From: an uncultured Chloroflexia bacterium
GTDB taxonomy: Bacteria; Chloroflexota; Anaerolineae; CG2-30-64-16
Length of the DNA: 64,000 nt
Direction of reading: 5' to 3'
Assembly (NCBI GenBank): GCA_963810095.1
Contig: CAWEMM010000006.1
Location: 1,632,001 to 1,696,000, forward strand
The translations under genes and the position numbers were made by a program. Positions 1-10,600 of this stretch are shown here, in pieces (the stretch's first letter is position 1; each line of letters opens with the position of its first letter). The notes beneath the pieces are model-generated. The model did no database searches. It saw only the letters and a program-made list of their open reading frames with translations, and had not been told where the DNA came from.

Positions 1-479
1 ACCTTGCCCCAGCGCGCCATCTCCGCCGTCAGGGGGTGGCGGGGGTCGGTCGAACCCAGCGCCTTCTGGCTGTACTCGGCCTTGTCCCACTCGTAGGCTT
101 CCTCGATCGTCATCACTGCGAGCAGTTCGTTCTTGGCGTTGCGCAGCGCAACCTCTTTGCCCACCTCGATATCGGCGGTGGGCTCAACCGGCAGCGTGAT
201 GGGCAGGGGGAACAGGGCGCCGAAGTAGGGCGCGCCGTCGGTCAGGCGCATCTCGTCCAGCACGCGCTGGTAGTCCGCCTGGCCCATGAACCGGTCGAGG
301 GGCGAGAACGCCCCGGTGGCCAGGAGCTCGAGGTCGCACGCGACCCGCTCGGAGACCTGGATCGAAGGCAGGGTGCTCGCGTGGGCCTTCACTTCGGGCA
401 AGACGCCGGCTGGCACAAGCAGATCGACGAGCTTTCCCCCATAAGGGGCAATGAGTTCGATGGTGGTTTCGGTGGACAA
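1..479 (-). CDS. sat: Sulfate adenylyltransferase, N-terminal part (runs off the window start)
   Basis: Hand translation from TTG at 479 (GGAGGAG RBS upstream), not in the ORF track: MSTETTIELIAPYGGKLVDL...DLELLATGAFSPLDRFMGQADYQRVLDEMRL...LFPLPITL...DPRHP, typical of the ATP sulfurylase N-terminus. Confidence 0.9.
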   Translation of the reverse strand, partial: MSTETTIELIAPYGGKLVDLLVPAGVLPEVKAHASTLPSIQVSERVACDLELLATGAFSPLDRFMGQADYQRVLDEMRLTDGAPYFGALFPLPITLPVEPTADIEVGKEVALRNAKNELLAVMTIEEAYEWDKAEYSQKALGSTDPRHPLTAEMARWGK

Positions 480-565
480 TTTGTAACTCCTCCATAATGG
501 ATTAAGAACGAGGTTCCTGACTGCTGACATGGGCTCACCCGCCATGTGTGAGCCGTCCGCTGCGG

Positions 566-1327
566 CTAACGCAGCGTCAGGATCAGGGTCCGGACGTTTA
601 GCACGACGATCAGGATGCCGACCAACAGCATGAAGGGCTTGTGCGGCAGCCGGCTGGCCGCGAAGGCCGCCAGCGGCGCTGCGATCGCACCCCCAATGAG
701 CAGCCCCAGCACGATGTTGCCGTAGCGCATCAATTGCCCGCTGCCCAGCGCCAGAATGAACGTCGCCGACTCCGCGGTGGTCACGAAGAACTCGGTGAGG
801 TTGACAGAGCCGACCGTGAAGCGGGGCTCGTTGCCCCGGGCCATCAGGGTGGAGGTCACGATGGGCCCCCAACCGCCGCCGCCTACGGCATCCATGAAGC
901 CGCCGACGAAACCCAGCGGGATGAGCCAGGAGCGCACCCGCCGCGGGGCCAGCGTCCGGAATGCCCGAAAGATGATCGTCAGGCCCATGAACGCCAGGTA
1001 CACCGAGACCGCGGGTTTGAGCCATGGCGCGTCGAGCTCGGTCAGGAGGTATGCGCCGATTACACCCCCCAGCACGCCGGGTATCACGAGCTTGCGCGCA
1101 AGGTCGAAGTGAACGTTGCCCATGCGCCAGTGCGAAAACCCGGAGATGCCGGTCGTGACGACCTCCGCGGCGTGAACCGCAGCGCTGGCGTACTTCTGCG
1201 GAATGCCGAGGCTGCTCAAGATGGTCGTCGACGTCACGCCGTAGGCCATACCCAGCGCCCCGTCGACCATCTGGGCCGAGAACCCTGCAAGGATGAAGAC
1301 CCAGATCGGGAGTGCCTGGAGATCCAT
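566..1327 (-). CDS. Sulfite exporter TauE/SafE family membrane protein
   Basis: AQMVDGALGMAYG and GFMDAVGGGGWGP motifs, multiple TM segments, directly upstream of sat. Confidence 0.88.
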   Translation of the reverse strand: MDLQALPIWVFILAGFSAQMVDGALGMAYGVTSTTILSSLGIPQKYASAAVHAAEVVTTGISGFSHWRMGNVHFDLARKLVIPGVLGGVIGAYLLTELDAPWLKPAVSVYLAFMGLTIIFRAFRTLAPRRVRSWLIPLGFVGGFMDAVGGGGWGPIVTSTLMARGNEPRFTVGSVNLTEFFVTTAESATFILALGSGQLMRYGNIVLGLLIGGAIAAPLAAFAASRLPHKPFMLLVGILIVVLNVRTLILTLR

Positions 1328-1456
1328 TGCAGTGCTCCTCCTATGCGGCTAGGACAGCGGCTTCCGTAGACGCGGCCCCTGGCGCGGCCGCGCCAGGCAT
1401 CGGTGCTGCCCGGCGGATGGGATAGGTTAGCGCAAGGATCGCATAACCGCTAGCGG

Positions 1457-2773
1457 TCAGGCGAGCGCGACGTGACGGGTGTCAACGAGGCTGCGAGCCT
1501 GCCGCGCAATGTCTCTCCAGTCGTATAGCGAGTGATCTGTGACGATCATGACACAGTCGGCTGCCTGGAGCGCCGCGTCCAGGTCTGGCTGCCCGGTCAG
1601 CGTCCGGTCGTCGTGCGTGATCACGCAGTCGATGTAGGGATCGTGGAAGCGCACATCGGCGCCCTTGTTGCGCAGCAGCTCGATAATGTCGAGGGCCGGC
1701 GACTCGCGCACGTCGTCGATGTCCTTCTTGTACGCCACCCCCAACACGAGCACGACGCTGCCCTTCATCGGCTTGCCGAGTTCGTTGAGCGCGTCCTGCA
1801 CTTTGTCGACCCAGTAACGCGGCATCTCGGTGTTAATCTCGCCGGCCAGTTGAATAAAGCGCGCGTTGTAGTTCAGGGTTTTGAGCTTCCAGGAGAGATA
1901 GTGCGGGTCGAGCGGGATGCAGTGGCCGCCGACACCTGGCCCCGGCGTGAACTTCATGAAGCCGTAGGGCTTGCTGTCGGCCGCATCGATGACTTCCCAC
2001 ACGTCGATGCCGAGCTTGTCGCACATAATGGCGACTTCGTTGACCAGAGCGATGTTGACCGCCCGGAAGGTGTTTTCCAGCAGCTTGACCATCTCTGCCG
2101 CCTGGGTCGACGAGACAGGGACGATCTTGTGGATCGCCGAGCCGTACAGGGCCGCAGCCACTTCGAGGCACGCCGGGGTCACGCCGCCGACCACTTTCGG
2201 GGTGTTCTCCACCATGTAGTCCTGGCGGCCCGGGTCAATCCGCTCGGGCGAAAAGGCGAGGAAGAAGTCGCGGCCCACCTCGAACCGTTCGACGCCGAGC
2301 CGGTCAAGCACGGAGGGCGAGGTCAGCATGGGCAGCAGGAGCTCTTCGGTCGTGCCCGGGTAGGTGGTGGACTCGAGGCTGACCAGCATGCCCGGATGGA
2401 TATGCCGGGCGGTCGATTCGCCCGCGGCAATCAGGTAGCGCACGTCGGGATCGCGGGTCTTGTTCAGCGGCGTAGGCACGCAAATAATCGCCGCGTCGCA
2501 CCCCGCGAGGGCTGCGTAGTCCGTCGTGGTGGTGAACGCGGGCAGGATAGCCGCCAGGCGCTCGGAAGTAATGTCCTGGACATACGATTCGGCCCGCTGC
2601 AAGGCATCGACCTTCCGCGGGTCGACGTCGATGCCGACGACCGGGAAGCCGCGTTCGGCGAACGCGACGGCCAAGGGCAGCCCGACATAACCCAGGCCGA
2701 CGACGGCCACAACGGCCTTGCGTTCCTGGATCTTCTGCAATAGTTGAGAACTGATCAGCGCCTGGTCTTTCAT
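1457..2773 (-). CDS. Nucleotide-sugar dehydrogenase (UDP-GlcNAc/UDP-ManNAc 6-dehydrogenase, WbpA/WecC-like)
   Basis: GLGYVGLP Rossmann motif, CVPTP, ESTTYPGTT, SPERIDPG, KLLENTFR, GPGVGGHCIPLDP, YKKDIDDVRESP. Start may be 2773 or 2782. Confidence 0.9.
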   Translation of the reverse strand: MKDQALISSQLLQKIQERKAVVAVVGLGYVGLPLAVAFAERGFPVVGIDVDPRKVDALQRAESYVQDITSERLAAILPAFTTTTDYAALAGCDAAIICVPTPLNKTRDPDVRYLIAAGESTARHIHPGMLVSLESTTYPGTTEELLLPMLTSPSVLDRLGVERFEVGRDFFLAFSPERIDPGRQDYMVENTPKVVGGVTPACLEVAAALYGSAIHKIVPVSSTQAAEMVKLLENTFRAVNIALVNEVAIMCDKLGIDVWEVIDAADSKPYGFMKFTPGPGVGGHCIPLDPHYLSWKLKTLNYNARFIQLAGEINTEMPRYWVDKVQDALNELGKPMKGSVVLVLGVAYKKDIDDVRESPALDIIELLRNKGADVRFHDPYIDCVITHDDRTLTGQPDLDAALQAADCVMIVTDHSLYDWRDIARQARSLVDTRHVALA

Positions 2774-3275
2774 CTGCCTCACTCTGATGGTGGAATAGTG
2801 AGATGGCGATTCAGTGAGATCGTATAGAAGTGTGGTCGGGCGACAGGCGAGGCGTGTGGTGGTGCATCAGCGAGGGCCTGGCCAGCGCACCCTCACCCGT
2901 GTACTGTGGCACGATCGCAGTCCTGCATCGACGCGAGCTGCGCCCATGCTCCGCGGTCCTGCCGCCAGTGCTGCGTACAACTGCCGCTTGTGAAAGCGCC
3001 TGGCCGCGGGATGAAGTCATGCAGGATATGAGGAGCGCTCCGGAGCAAGTGGGCCGGATATACGGCACATGGGCATGGCGTTGTGGCCCGAACGGGCAGC
3101 GCCAGGGTGCTACGACGTTGCGTCTCCTATCTGGTGCAGCGCGGCCCGGACAAAGAAAGGCGGCCTCCGGGCGCGTTTATCCCCGGGTAGGCCGTCTTTG
3201 GATGCATGTAGAACAAGTTGCGAGACAACCGGGTCGCATTCGCTGTGCGTGGGGGTGTGAGAAGGGTGTTGCGGA

Positions 3276-3358
3276 TGCCCCCGGCCCGACTCGAACGGGC
3301 ACGTCCTTATGGACACAGGCCCTCAACCTGCCGTGTATGCCAATTCCACCACGGGGGC
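3276..3358 (-). tRNA. tRNA-Leu (anticodon GAG), CCA not encoded
   Basis: Reverse complement GCCCCCGTGGTGGAATTGGCATACACGGCAGGTTGAGGGCCTGTGTCCATAAGGACGTGCCCGTTCGAGTCGGGCCGGGGGCA: acceptor stem, D arm, GAG anticodon loop, long variable arm, GTTCGA T-loop. Confidence 0.95.
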
Positions 3359-3373
3359 ATTCATGTGACTGGG

Positions 3374-3460
3374 ATTATACTCGGACTCCACAGTGTTGTC
3401 AAACAAACTCCTTCTATCCCCAGACCGGCGCATCTTAGCACTCGGAAGGGGCGCTGTCAA
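3374..3460 (-). promoter_or_regulatory. Tandem sigma70-type promoters for tRNA-Leu
   Basis: Minus strand TTGACA-17-TATAAT (3402-3374) and TTGACA-17-TAAGAT (3460-3432). Confidence 0.75.
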
Positions 3461-3578
3461 ATCATAGTGCCATTTCCGCTCCCCATGCGACTTCCGCTCC
3501 ATTCACGAAACGGGCCAGTCTTGCGGTACTGCAGCAGCTACAGTATACTTTGCCGGATACTTCAATGAAGAAGGGCCG

Positions 3579-4427
3579 GTGGTCCAGATGCCCGTCCGCA
3601 TCGTCACTGACTCCAGCGCGAACGTCCCCGAAGAGTACCTGCAGCGCCTCAACATCATCGAGGTGCCGGCAGTCATTAATTTCGGCCAGGACAGCTACCT
3701 CTATCGGGTCGAGATGTCTCTCGAAGAGTTCTACCGCCGGCTGGCTGCGGCCGACCGGCTGCCGACCACCGCGCAGCCGTCGCCGCAGGAATTTCTGAAG
3801 GCGTATCAACGGGCGGCAGACGAGGGCGCGACCGAAGTCGTCGCGGTGATTGTCTCCAGCAAGGCCAGCGGCACCTACAACAGCGCGAGGATGGCATCCG
3901 AGCTCGCGCCGCTGCCCGTACAGGTGTTTGACACCCTGCACGTGTCCATGGCTGCCGGGTGGCAGGCGATCGATGCGGCGGAGCGGGCCGCGGCCGGCTG
4001 GAGCGCAGAGGCGATTTGGTCGCGGCTCGAGCAGATTCGCGCCCGGCTGCAGATGGCGTTTACCCCGCTCAATCTGAAATACCTGATTGCCAGCGGCCGG
4101 GCTCCGCGCCTGCAGGGCATGATTGGCGACCTGCTCAACATCAAACCGATCCTGAGCACGGTCGACGGGGTGCTCGAGCCGGTCTCGCGGGTGCGGACAA
4201 ACCGCAGGGCGCAGGAAGCCATGATCGAGATGATCGCTACTGCCGTCGGTCCCGCGCCCGCCCGGGTGGCTGTCGGTCACTGCAACGTGCCCGACGAAGC
4301 GGCCGCTTTTGCCGAACAGGCCAGGCAACGTTTCAACGTGACGGAGTTTGTCCTGTTCGATCTCGGCATGCTTGCGGCGCTCGGGGGTCCCGGGCTGCTC
4401 GGCCTGGGCGCATATACGGTAGAGTAG
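3579..4427 (+). CDS. DegV family fatty-acid binding protein (FakB-like)
   Basis: IVTDSS, PTTAQPSP, SSKASGTYNSA, LIASGR, LNIKPIL motifs; next to plsX. Confidence 0.92.
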   Translation: MVQMPVRIVTDSSANVPEEYLQRLNIIEVPAVINFGQDSYLYRVEMSLEEFYRRLAAADRLPTTAQPSPQEFLKAYQRAADEGATEVVAVIVSSKASGTYNSARMASELAPLPVQVFDTLHVSMAAGWQAIDAAERAAAGWSAEAIWSRLEQIRARLQMAFTPLNLKYLIASGRAPRLQGMIGDLLNIKPILSTVDGVLEPVSRVRTNRRAQEAMIEMIATAVGPAPARVAVGHCNVPDEAAAFAEQARQRFNVTEFVLFDLGMLAALGGPGLLGLGAYTVE

Positions 4428-4489
4428 GGGCCGTGCGCCGTGCGTTCGAGCACGGCCGCACGCCTGGCTCTGCCGTGGGCAGCCCCTAC
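4424..4489. repeat. REP-like GTAGGGGC...GCCCCTAC palindromic element
   Basis: Terminal inverted repeat plus internal GGCCGTGC/GCACGGCC pairing; related copies at 7565, 21060 and 34724. Confidence 0.55.
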
Positions 4490-4513
4490 CTAGATTTTCG
4501 GGAGGCAGCATAC

Positions 4514-5548
4514 GTGAAAATCGTCGTCGACGCCATGGGCGGCGATCACGCGCCGGCGGTCGTCGTGGCCGGCGCGGTGGCCGAAGCGCGTGCACATGGC
4601 ACGGGCATCATCCTGGTAGGCAAGCAGGATGTGGTGACCGCAGAATTGGCCAAGCACGGCGACGTGTCGGGCCTGCCGATCGAAGTGGTGCATGCGTCGG
4701 AAGTGGTCGAGATGGAGGAGCACACGATGGCCGTGCGGGCCAAGAAGGACTCCTCGATGATGGTCGGCATGCGGCTCGTCAAGGAGGGTCGAGCGGAAGC
4801 GTTCGCCTCGGCGGGCAATTCCGGCGCGGTCATGGCTGCAGCGCTGTTTGGCCTCGGTCGGGTGCGGGGCGTGGAGCGGCCCGCGCTCGGCAGCATCTAT
4901 CCCGCTTCGCCCGAGCCGTGCCTGATCGTGGACATCGGCGCGAACGCCGACTGCAAGCCTGAGTATCTCGTCCAGTTTGCGCACATGGGCAGCGCGTATG
5001 CCCGGCTCATGTTCGGCCTCAAACAGCCGAAGGTGGGCATCGTCTCGAACGGCGAGGAGGAAGACAAGGGGAGCACGCTCGTCCGCGAGACCTATCCCCT
5101 GCTCAAAGCCAGCGGGCTCAACTTCGTGGGCAACGTGGAGGGCAAGGACATCGGCAAGGGCATGGCCAACGTGGTCGTGACCGATGGCCTGACCGGCAAC
5201 GTGATCGTCAAGTTGAGCGAAGGGCTTTTCTCCTTCATTATGAAGTACGTTCGCCGGCAGTTCACCGGCGGCTTGCGGAATAAGGTGGCAATTGTCCTCA
5301 TGATTCCGGGCCTGGTCCTTGCGCTGCCCGGATTGGCCCTGTTGTGGCCCAGCGTCAGCAGCCTCCGCAAGCGGATTGACTGGCGCTCGATCGGCGGTGC
5401 GCCGCTCCTGGGCGTCAACGGCGTGGTGGTGATCGGTCACGGTCGCAGCGACGAAACGGCCATTCGCAGCATGATCCGCATGGCCGAAAAGAGCGCGCAG
5501 CAAAATCTCGTTCAGGTTATCGCAGATGAACTCGCCAATGGGCACTAG
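4514..5548 (+). CDS. plsX: Phosphate acyltransferase PlsX
   Basis: GTG start after GGAGG; VDAMGGDHAP, SAGNSGA, DIGANAD, NFVGNVEG, DGLTGNV, GGAPLLGVNGVVVIGHGRS. Confidence 0.95.
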   Translation: MKIVVDAMGGDHAPAVVVAGAVAEARAHGTGIILVGKQDVVTAELAKHGDVSGLPIEVVHASEVVEMEEHTMAVRAKKDSSMMVGMRLVKEGRAEAFASAGNSGAVMAAALFGLGRVRGVERPALGSIYPASPEPCLIVDIGANADCKPEYLVQFAHMGSAYARLMFGLKQPKVGIVSNGEEEDKGSTLVRETYPLLKASGLNFVGNVEGKDIGKGMANVVVTDGLTGNVIVKLSEGLFSFIMKYVRRQFTGGLRNKVAIVLMIPGLVLALPGLALLWPSVSSLRKRIDWRSIGGAPLLGVNGVVVIGHGRSDETAIRSMIRMAEKSAQQNLVQVIADELANGH

Positions 5549-6791
5549 ATCAAACAGACGGGTTGTCGTAACCGGCATGGGCGCACTGTCGCCCCTCGGC
5601 AACAGCGCGCCGGCGTTCTGGCAAGCGCTTCTGGCTGGCAAGTCGGGCGCGGGGCCCGTCACGCAGTTTGACGCGACCGGCTATCGAACGCGGATCGCCG
5701 CGGAGGTCAAGGACTTCAGGCCGGCAGAGCATATCGACCCAAAGGAAGCGCGGCGGATGGCTCGCTGCTCCCAGTTTGCGATCGTCGCCGCACGGGAGGC
5801 GGTCGCAGATGCGGGCCTGGACTTCGGCGCCGAAGACCGGGAGCGGGTGGGCGTTGCCGTCGGCACGGGTATCGGCGGGGTCGAGATTCTGATTGACCCG
5901 ATCGCGCGTTTCGGCCGCGAAGGCACCGTGCGGGTCACCCCGTACCAGGCGCTGGAAAACCTGAGCAACATGCCCGGTTTTCACGTGAGCTTCGACTTGG
6001 GCTGCCTGGGGCCACTGACGACGCTCGTCACGGCATGTGCTGCGGGAACGCAGGCGCTGGGCGAAGGGCTGCAGTGGATTCGCCGCGGCGCGTGCGACAT
6101 CGTGGTGGCGGGTGGCACCGAGGCCCAGATCACGCCGTTGTTCTTCGCCGGGTTCGGGGCGCTCACGGTGCTGTCGACCCGCAACGACGATCCCGAGGGC
6201 GCGAACCGGCCCTTCGACGCGGACCGCGATGGTTTCGTCATCGGCGAGGGCGCGGGGATGATGGTGCTCGAGTCGCTGGAGCATGCGCAAGCCCGCGGGG
6301 CGCGCATTTATGCCGAGGTGCTGGGCGAAGCGCAGTCTGCGGATGCCTGGCACATCGCGCAACCGCAGCCGACGGGCGAAGGGCCGGCGCGCTGCATGCG
6401 ATGGGCGCTGGCAGACGCGGGCGTCACGCCGGCCGACGTGCAGTACATCAACGCGCACGGCAGCGGCACGCTGCAGAACGATCCCGCAGAGACCGCCGCG
6501 ATCAAGCTGGCCTTCGGCCAGGACGCATACCGGGTGCCCATCAGCAGCACGAAGAGCATGATCGGTCACTGCATCGGTGCGGGGGGCGCGCTCGAGGCCA
6601 TTGCGACGGCGATGACGGTGTACACCGACACCATCCATCCGACCATTAACCTGGCGCGGCCCGATCCCGCGTGCGACCTGGATTACGTGCCGAACGCGGC
6701 GCGGCGCTGCACGGTCAATGTCGCGCTCAACAACTCCTTCGGCCTGGGCGGGTATAACGCCTGCCTTGTGTTGGGGAAATATTCTGCTTAG
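5538..6791 (+). CDS. fabF: Beta-ketoacyl-ACP synthase II (copy 1)
   Basis: RRVVVTGMG, TACAAG catalytic Cys, AHGSGT, STKSMIGH, NSFGLGGYN. Confidence 0.92.
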   Translation: MGTRSNRRVVVTGMGALSPLGNSAPAFWQALLAGKSGAGPVTQFDATGYRTRIAAEVKDFRPAEHIDPKEARRMARCSQFAIVAAREAVADAGLDFGAEDRERVGVAVGTGIGGVEILIDPIARFGREGTVRVTPYQALENLSNMPGFHVSFDLGCLGPLTTLVTACAAGTQALGEGLQWIRRGACDIVVAGGTEAQITPLFFAGFGALTVLSTRNDDPEGANRPFDADRDGFVIGEGAGMMVLESLEHAQARGARIYAEVLGEAQSADAWHIAQPQPTGEGPARCMRWALADAGVTPADVQYINAHGSGTLQNDPAETAAIKLAFGQDAYRVPISSTKSMIGHCIGAGGALEAIATAMTVYTDTIHPTINLARPDPACDLDYVPNAARRCTVNVALNNSFGLGGYNACLVLGKYSA

Positions 6792-6850
6792 AGGCCGCTT
6801 GCTCGCGAGCGAGTTGCTCCGGTATCCTGTTCAGAGGTGTTTGCTTAAGT

Positions 6851-7553
6851 ATGCCGCGTTACTACCAACTCAAAACTCATCAAGCGACGGGCGAAGTTCG
6901 GCACCTACGCCAGCCTGGGCGGTATCGGCGTGCTTGCGCTCGGCATGGTCGCCTCCTTCCAGCCGAAATTCGTGTGGCTTTCGCTGGTCGCGCTGATCCT
7001 CGGCTTCCTGCTGGCCCAATACGGCAACTTCAACCTGCGCCGCTACGGCCGGTCGCCGCGCCCGGATCAGATCCTGGAAGAGGGCATGAAGGGGTTTGAC
7101 GACCGGTATCACCTGTATGCCTGGTCGCTGCCGTCGCCGTTTGTCCTTCTGACGCCGCAGGGGCTCTACGCGTTTACCACCCGCGACCAGACGGGCAAGG
7201 TGAGCGTCAACGGCTCGCAGTGGAAAAGCGCGTTCAGCATTACGCGCGTGCTGATGATGTTCAGCCAGGAAGGCATGGGCAACCCCTCGCAGGAAGCGCA
7301 AACAAACGCCACCAAGCTGACGCAGTGGATTCGCACGAATCTACCGGATTCCACCGTGACTGCGCAGCCCGCGATTGTGTTTCTCGACCCACGCGTGCAG
7401 CTAGAGGTCACCGACCCGGTTATCCCGGTGCTGGATGCCAAGGGCATCAAGAAGTGGTTGCGCGGGGGCGGCCGGACAGATAATCTCAAGACGGCAGAGT
7501 ATCGGGCGCTCGAAACCCTGCTCGACGAGGCCGCAGCAAAAGCCGCGGCGTGA
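6851..7553 (+). CDS. Membrane-anchored NERD-like (nuclease-related domain) protein; apparent +1 indel just after the ATG
   Basis: Removing one C after ATG 6851 gives MRVTTNSKLIKRRAKFGTYASLGG followed by two TM helices and a soluble domain (VLLTPQGLYAF, GNPSQEA, QPAIVF). Family assignment from memory. Confidence 0.6.
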
Positions 7554-7564
7554 CCGGTACCTGA

Positions 7565-7599
7565 GGTAGGTGGCGGGCCGGCACGGCTCACCACCTACC
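7565..7599. repeat. GTAG-type palindrome / possible terminator
   Basis: GGTAGGTGGCGGGCCG-gca-CGGCTCACCACCTACC imperfect inverted repeat. Confidence 0.5.
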
Positions 7600-7628
7600 G
7601 TGCTCCTTCCTGATACATGCGAGGTCGC

Positions 7629-10600
7629 ATGTCCGTTACCCTCTACCTGGCCCCGACCACACATGCGGCTCGGGCCCACATCGTCGAGCGCGTCCGGCTG
7701 GTGCGCCAGCAGCGCCCCCTTGCTCCGCTGACCTTCCTGCTCCCTTCCGGCGACGCGATCCGACAGATGCGCACGTCCTTGGGCGACGTGATGGGCGTGC
7801 GGTTCCTCCAGTTCTACAACCTGAGCTCGGCCGTTCTATCTGAGGCCGGCAAAGCCACGCACGAGATGTCTGATCTTGCGACACGGCGGCTGGTGCGCGG
7901 ACTGCTGGGCGAGATGCACCGGCGGGGCGAGCTCACGTCTTTCTCCCGAATGCTCGACAAGCCCGGCTTCATCGAGGTGCTGGTCGAGTGGCTGCGGGAG
8001 ATGAAGACGCAGGCCATTCCGCCCGAAGATGTGGCCGGCCATGCCGCGGGCGACCGGGAAGGCGCGCGACCGGCAGCTGGCTGTGCTCTATACGCGTTAC
8101 CAGGCGGCGCTGAGGCAGGCGGACTGTGCGGATGGCGATGGGCTGCTGTGGCTGGCGGCGGATGCGTTGGCGGCGAACAGAGGCCTGCTGGCGGGCATGG
8201 GCGAGTGGGTGCTCGCCGGCTTTGACCAGTTCAGCCCCGTTCAGCTGCGCACGGTGGTATCCCTCGCAGACCGGGCGCCGCTGAGCCTGTACTTGCTGTG
8301 GGACGAAAACCGGCCTCCCGACAGCCTCGCGCTCGGGCGCCTGGCGCCGACGCGAGCGGCCCTGCGGCAGGCGCTTGCCCCCGTCGAGGTGTCCATTCCG
8401 GCGTGTGACGAGTGTGCCCCCGCGCTGGCCCACGTCCGAAGGACGCTTTTTGCGTCCCCGGCCGAGCGCGACATCGACGCGGGCAGCGCAATTGACGCCG
8501 AGCGGGCGATCGCCGCGGCGGCCCTGCCCTCGGCCGAGGCCGAGGTGCGTTTCGCACTGCGGCGCATCAAGCAGCTGTTGCTCGAAGGCGTGCGCGCAGA
8601 GCAGATCGCCTTGCTCGCGCCCCACCCGGCGACGTACCGGGCGATTGTCGGGACCGTGAGCCGCGAGTATGGCGTGCCGGTCGGGTATGAAACGACGCTC
8701 GGGGAAAACCCGTGCGTCGCCGCGCTCCTGAATCTGCTCGCCCTGCCGCCGGCGTTTCCCTGGCGGCAGACGTTCGACGCGGCTGCGGTCTCCGTATGTG
8801 AAGCAGTCCTGGCTGGGTGCCGGACAAATCGCGCTCCTCGACGCGCTCACCAGAGAGCGCCCTGTCATCGCCGGGCAGGAACAGTGGTGGTATGCGCTGG
8901 GCCGGGAAGCGGAAGCCGAAGCGTTTCTTGAAGACGCGGAGGACGACGACCGGGGCAAGCCGCCGCTGCTCGACCGGCTCGAGCCCGACGTGATCGGGGG
9001 CATCCGCACCGGCCTGGCCGCGTTCTTTGCCCATCTCACGCCGCCGCCGCGGGCCACCCATGGGGCGTATGTGGCCTGGCTCCAGGAGGCGCTGCTGGGA
9101 TTGGGGGGCGAGGCGGAGGCGGAGGACGCAGACGAGGCGCCCCTTCCCGCCAGCCTGCGCCTGGCAGAAGCGGCGCGGGAAGGCGAATGGGCCGAGCGCG
9201 ATGTGCTTGCGCTGCGCGCCCTGCTGCAGGCGCTGCGGGCCTGGCTGGACGCGGTCGCACTGACCCGTGATCTTGGGTTCGACGGGCTGGAAGACCAGGG
9301 CCGCGGCGGGGTCTTCGCCCGGCGGTGCGGTTCCCGCGCCTGCGGGGATCGCGTGGGACGCATTTGTGTCCGACCTGTTGGAGTGGCTGCCGGCCGTGCC
9401 GGCACCGGCCGATCGCAAGCGGGGGACCGTTCGCTTTGGCCCGCTCGAGGCCGGCCGGGCGGTGACCGTCGATCACATGGTCGTCATGGGACTGGGCGAA
9501 GGCGAGTTCCCAAGGCCGCCGCAGCGAGACCCGCTCTATACCCCGGCGGAGCGCGGCGGCTCACCCGCTCCCGCTCGTGCTGCTGGGCAGCGCGGAGGAT
9601 GCGAGCCTCTGGTGGCAGGTGCTCAGTAACTGCCGGTGCTCCCTCACGCTGCTCCGCCCGCGCTACGACGCAAACGGCGCAGAATGGCAGCCGTCGGCCT
9701 ATTGGAGCGCCGTGGTCGACCTGGTCGAGGGATTGGAAGGCCGGATCGAGCGCCCGGCGCTGTCTGCACGGCCCGGCGTGTCAGAGGCGGCATCACAGGG
9801 CGAGTTGCTCGAGGCATTGGCGTTGGGACGGGCCGCCAGTGTCCCCGCCGAGCTGAGCGGGCGTGGAAGGCGGTCCAGGCCGCCGCAGCCGTCGGCGAAC
9901 TGCGCCGCCCGACGGGAGTCCTCACCGCGCACGAGGGCATGATCCAGGACGAGGTCCTGCGGTCAGACCTGCGACGCCGCTACGGGCCGGGCCGGGTGTG
10001 GAGCGTGTCGCGGCTGAACCGGTACGGCCAGTGCCCGTTCGCGTTCTGGGGCAAGGAGGTCCTGGGGCTCGAAGCGCTGGCCGACCCCGCCGAAGGGTTC
10101 GACGCGATGCAGCGCGGCACGCTTGTGCACAAGGTGCTCGAGCGGCTTTTCGTGCGGTTGTGCGAAGAGGCCATTGCGCCCGGGCCGGCCACGTTGGAGC
10201 AGGCCGCGGCCCTCCTTGACGAGGTGTGCGATCGGGTGTTGCCCGGGGCTGCGCAGCGCTACGGCTTTCGTCCGGGGCCGTTCTGGGAGCACGAGCAGGC
10301 CGAGCTGCGGGCCGAGCTGCACGCGTACCTGGCGTGGGAGTGCGACCCGAAGCAGGCGCGGGGATTTCGCCCCTTTGCGCAGGAACTGAAGTTCGGCCTC
10401 GGGAAGGGTGGCGTCGCGAGCCGGGTGACGCTGCCGGGATTGGAGGCCGAAAGCATCCTGCTGCGAGGCGTCGTGGACCGCGTCGACTCGGACGGCGCAG
10501 GTCACCTGCGGGTAATCGACTACAAGACCGGCAGCACCCTCTACAAGGACGAAGATATTCAAGCGGGGCGCGCTCTCCAAAGTGCCCTCTATGCCTGGGC

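Noticed and set aside
1-2782. sat + TauE + sugar dehydrogenase as a sulfated-glycan pathway
   Set aside because: No sulfotransferase visible and the locus is truncated; adjacency alone is insufficient.
2790-3270. About 480-bp gap downstream of tRNA-Leu as an integration site or Cys-rich peptide gene
   Set aside because: No integrase or repeated tRNA 3' end seen; the Cys-rich frame has no start codon or RBS; overlapping ORFs look spurious.
3959-4513. N-terminal extension of the 529-aa plsX ORF
   Set aside because: Overlaps degV in another frame; RBS and homology begin at GTG 4514.
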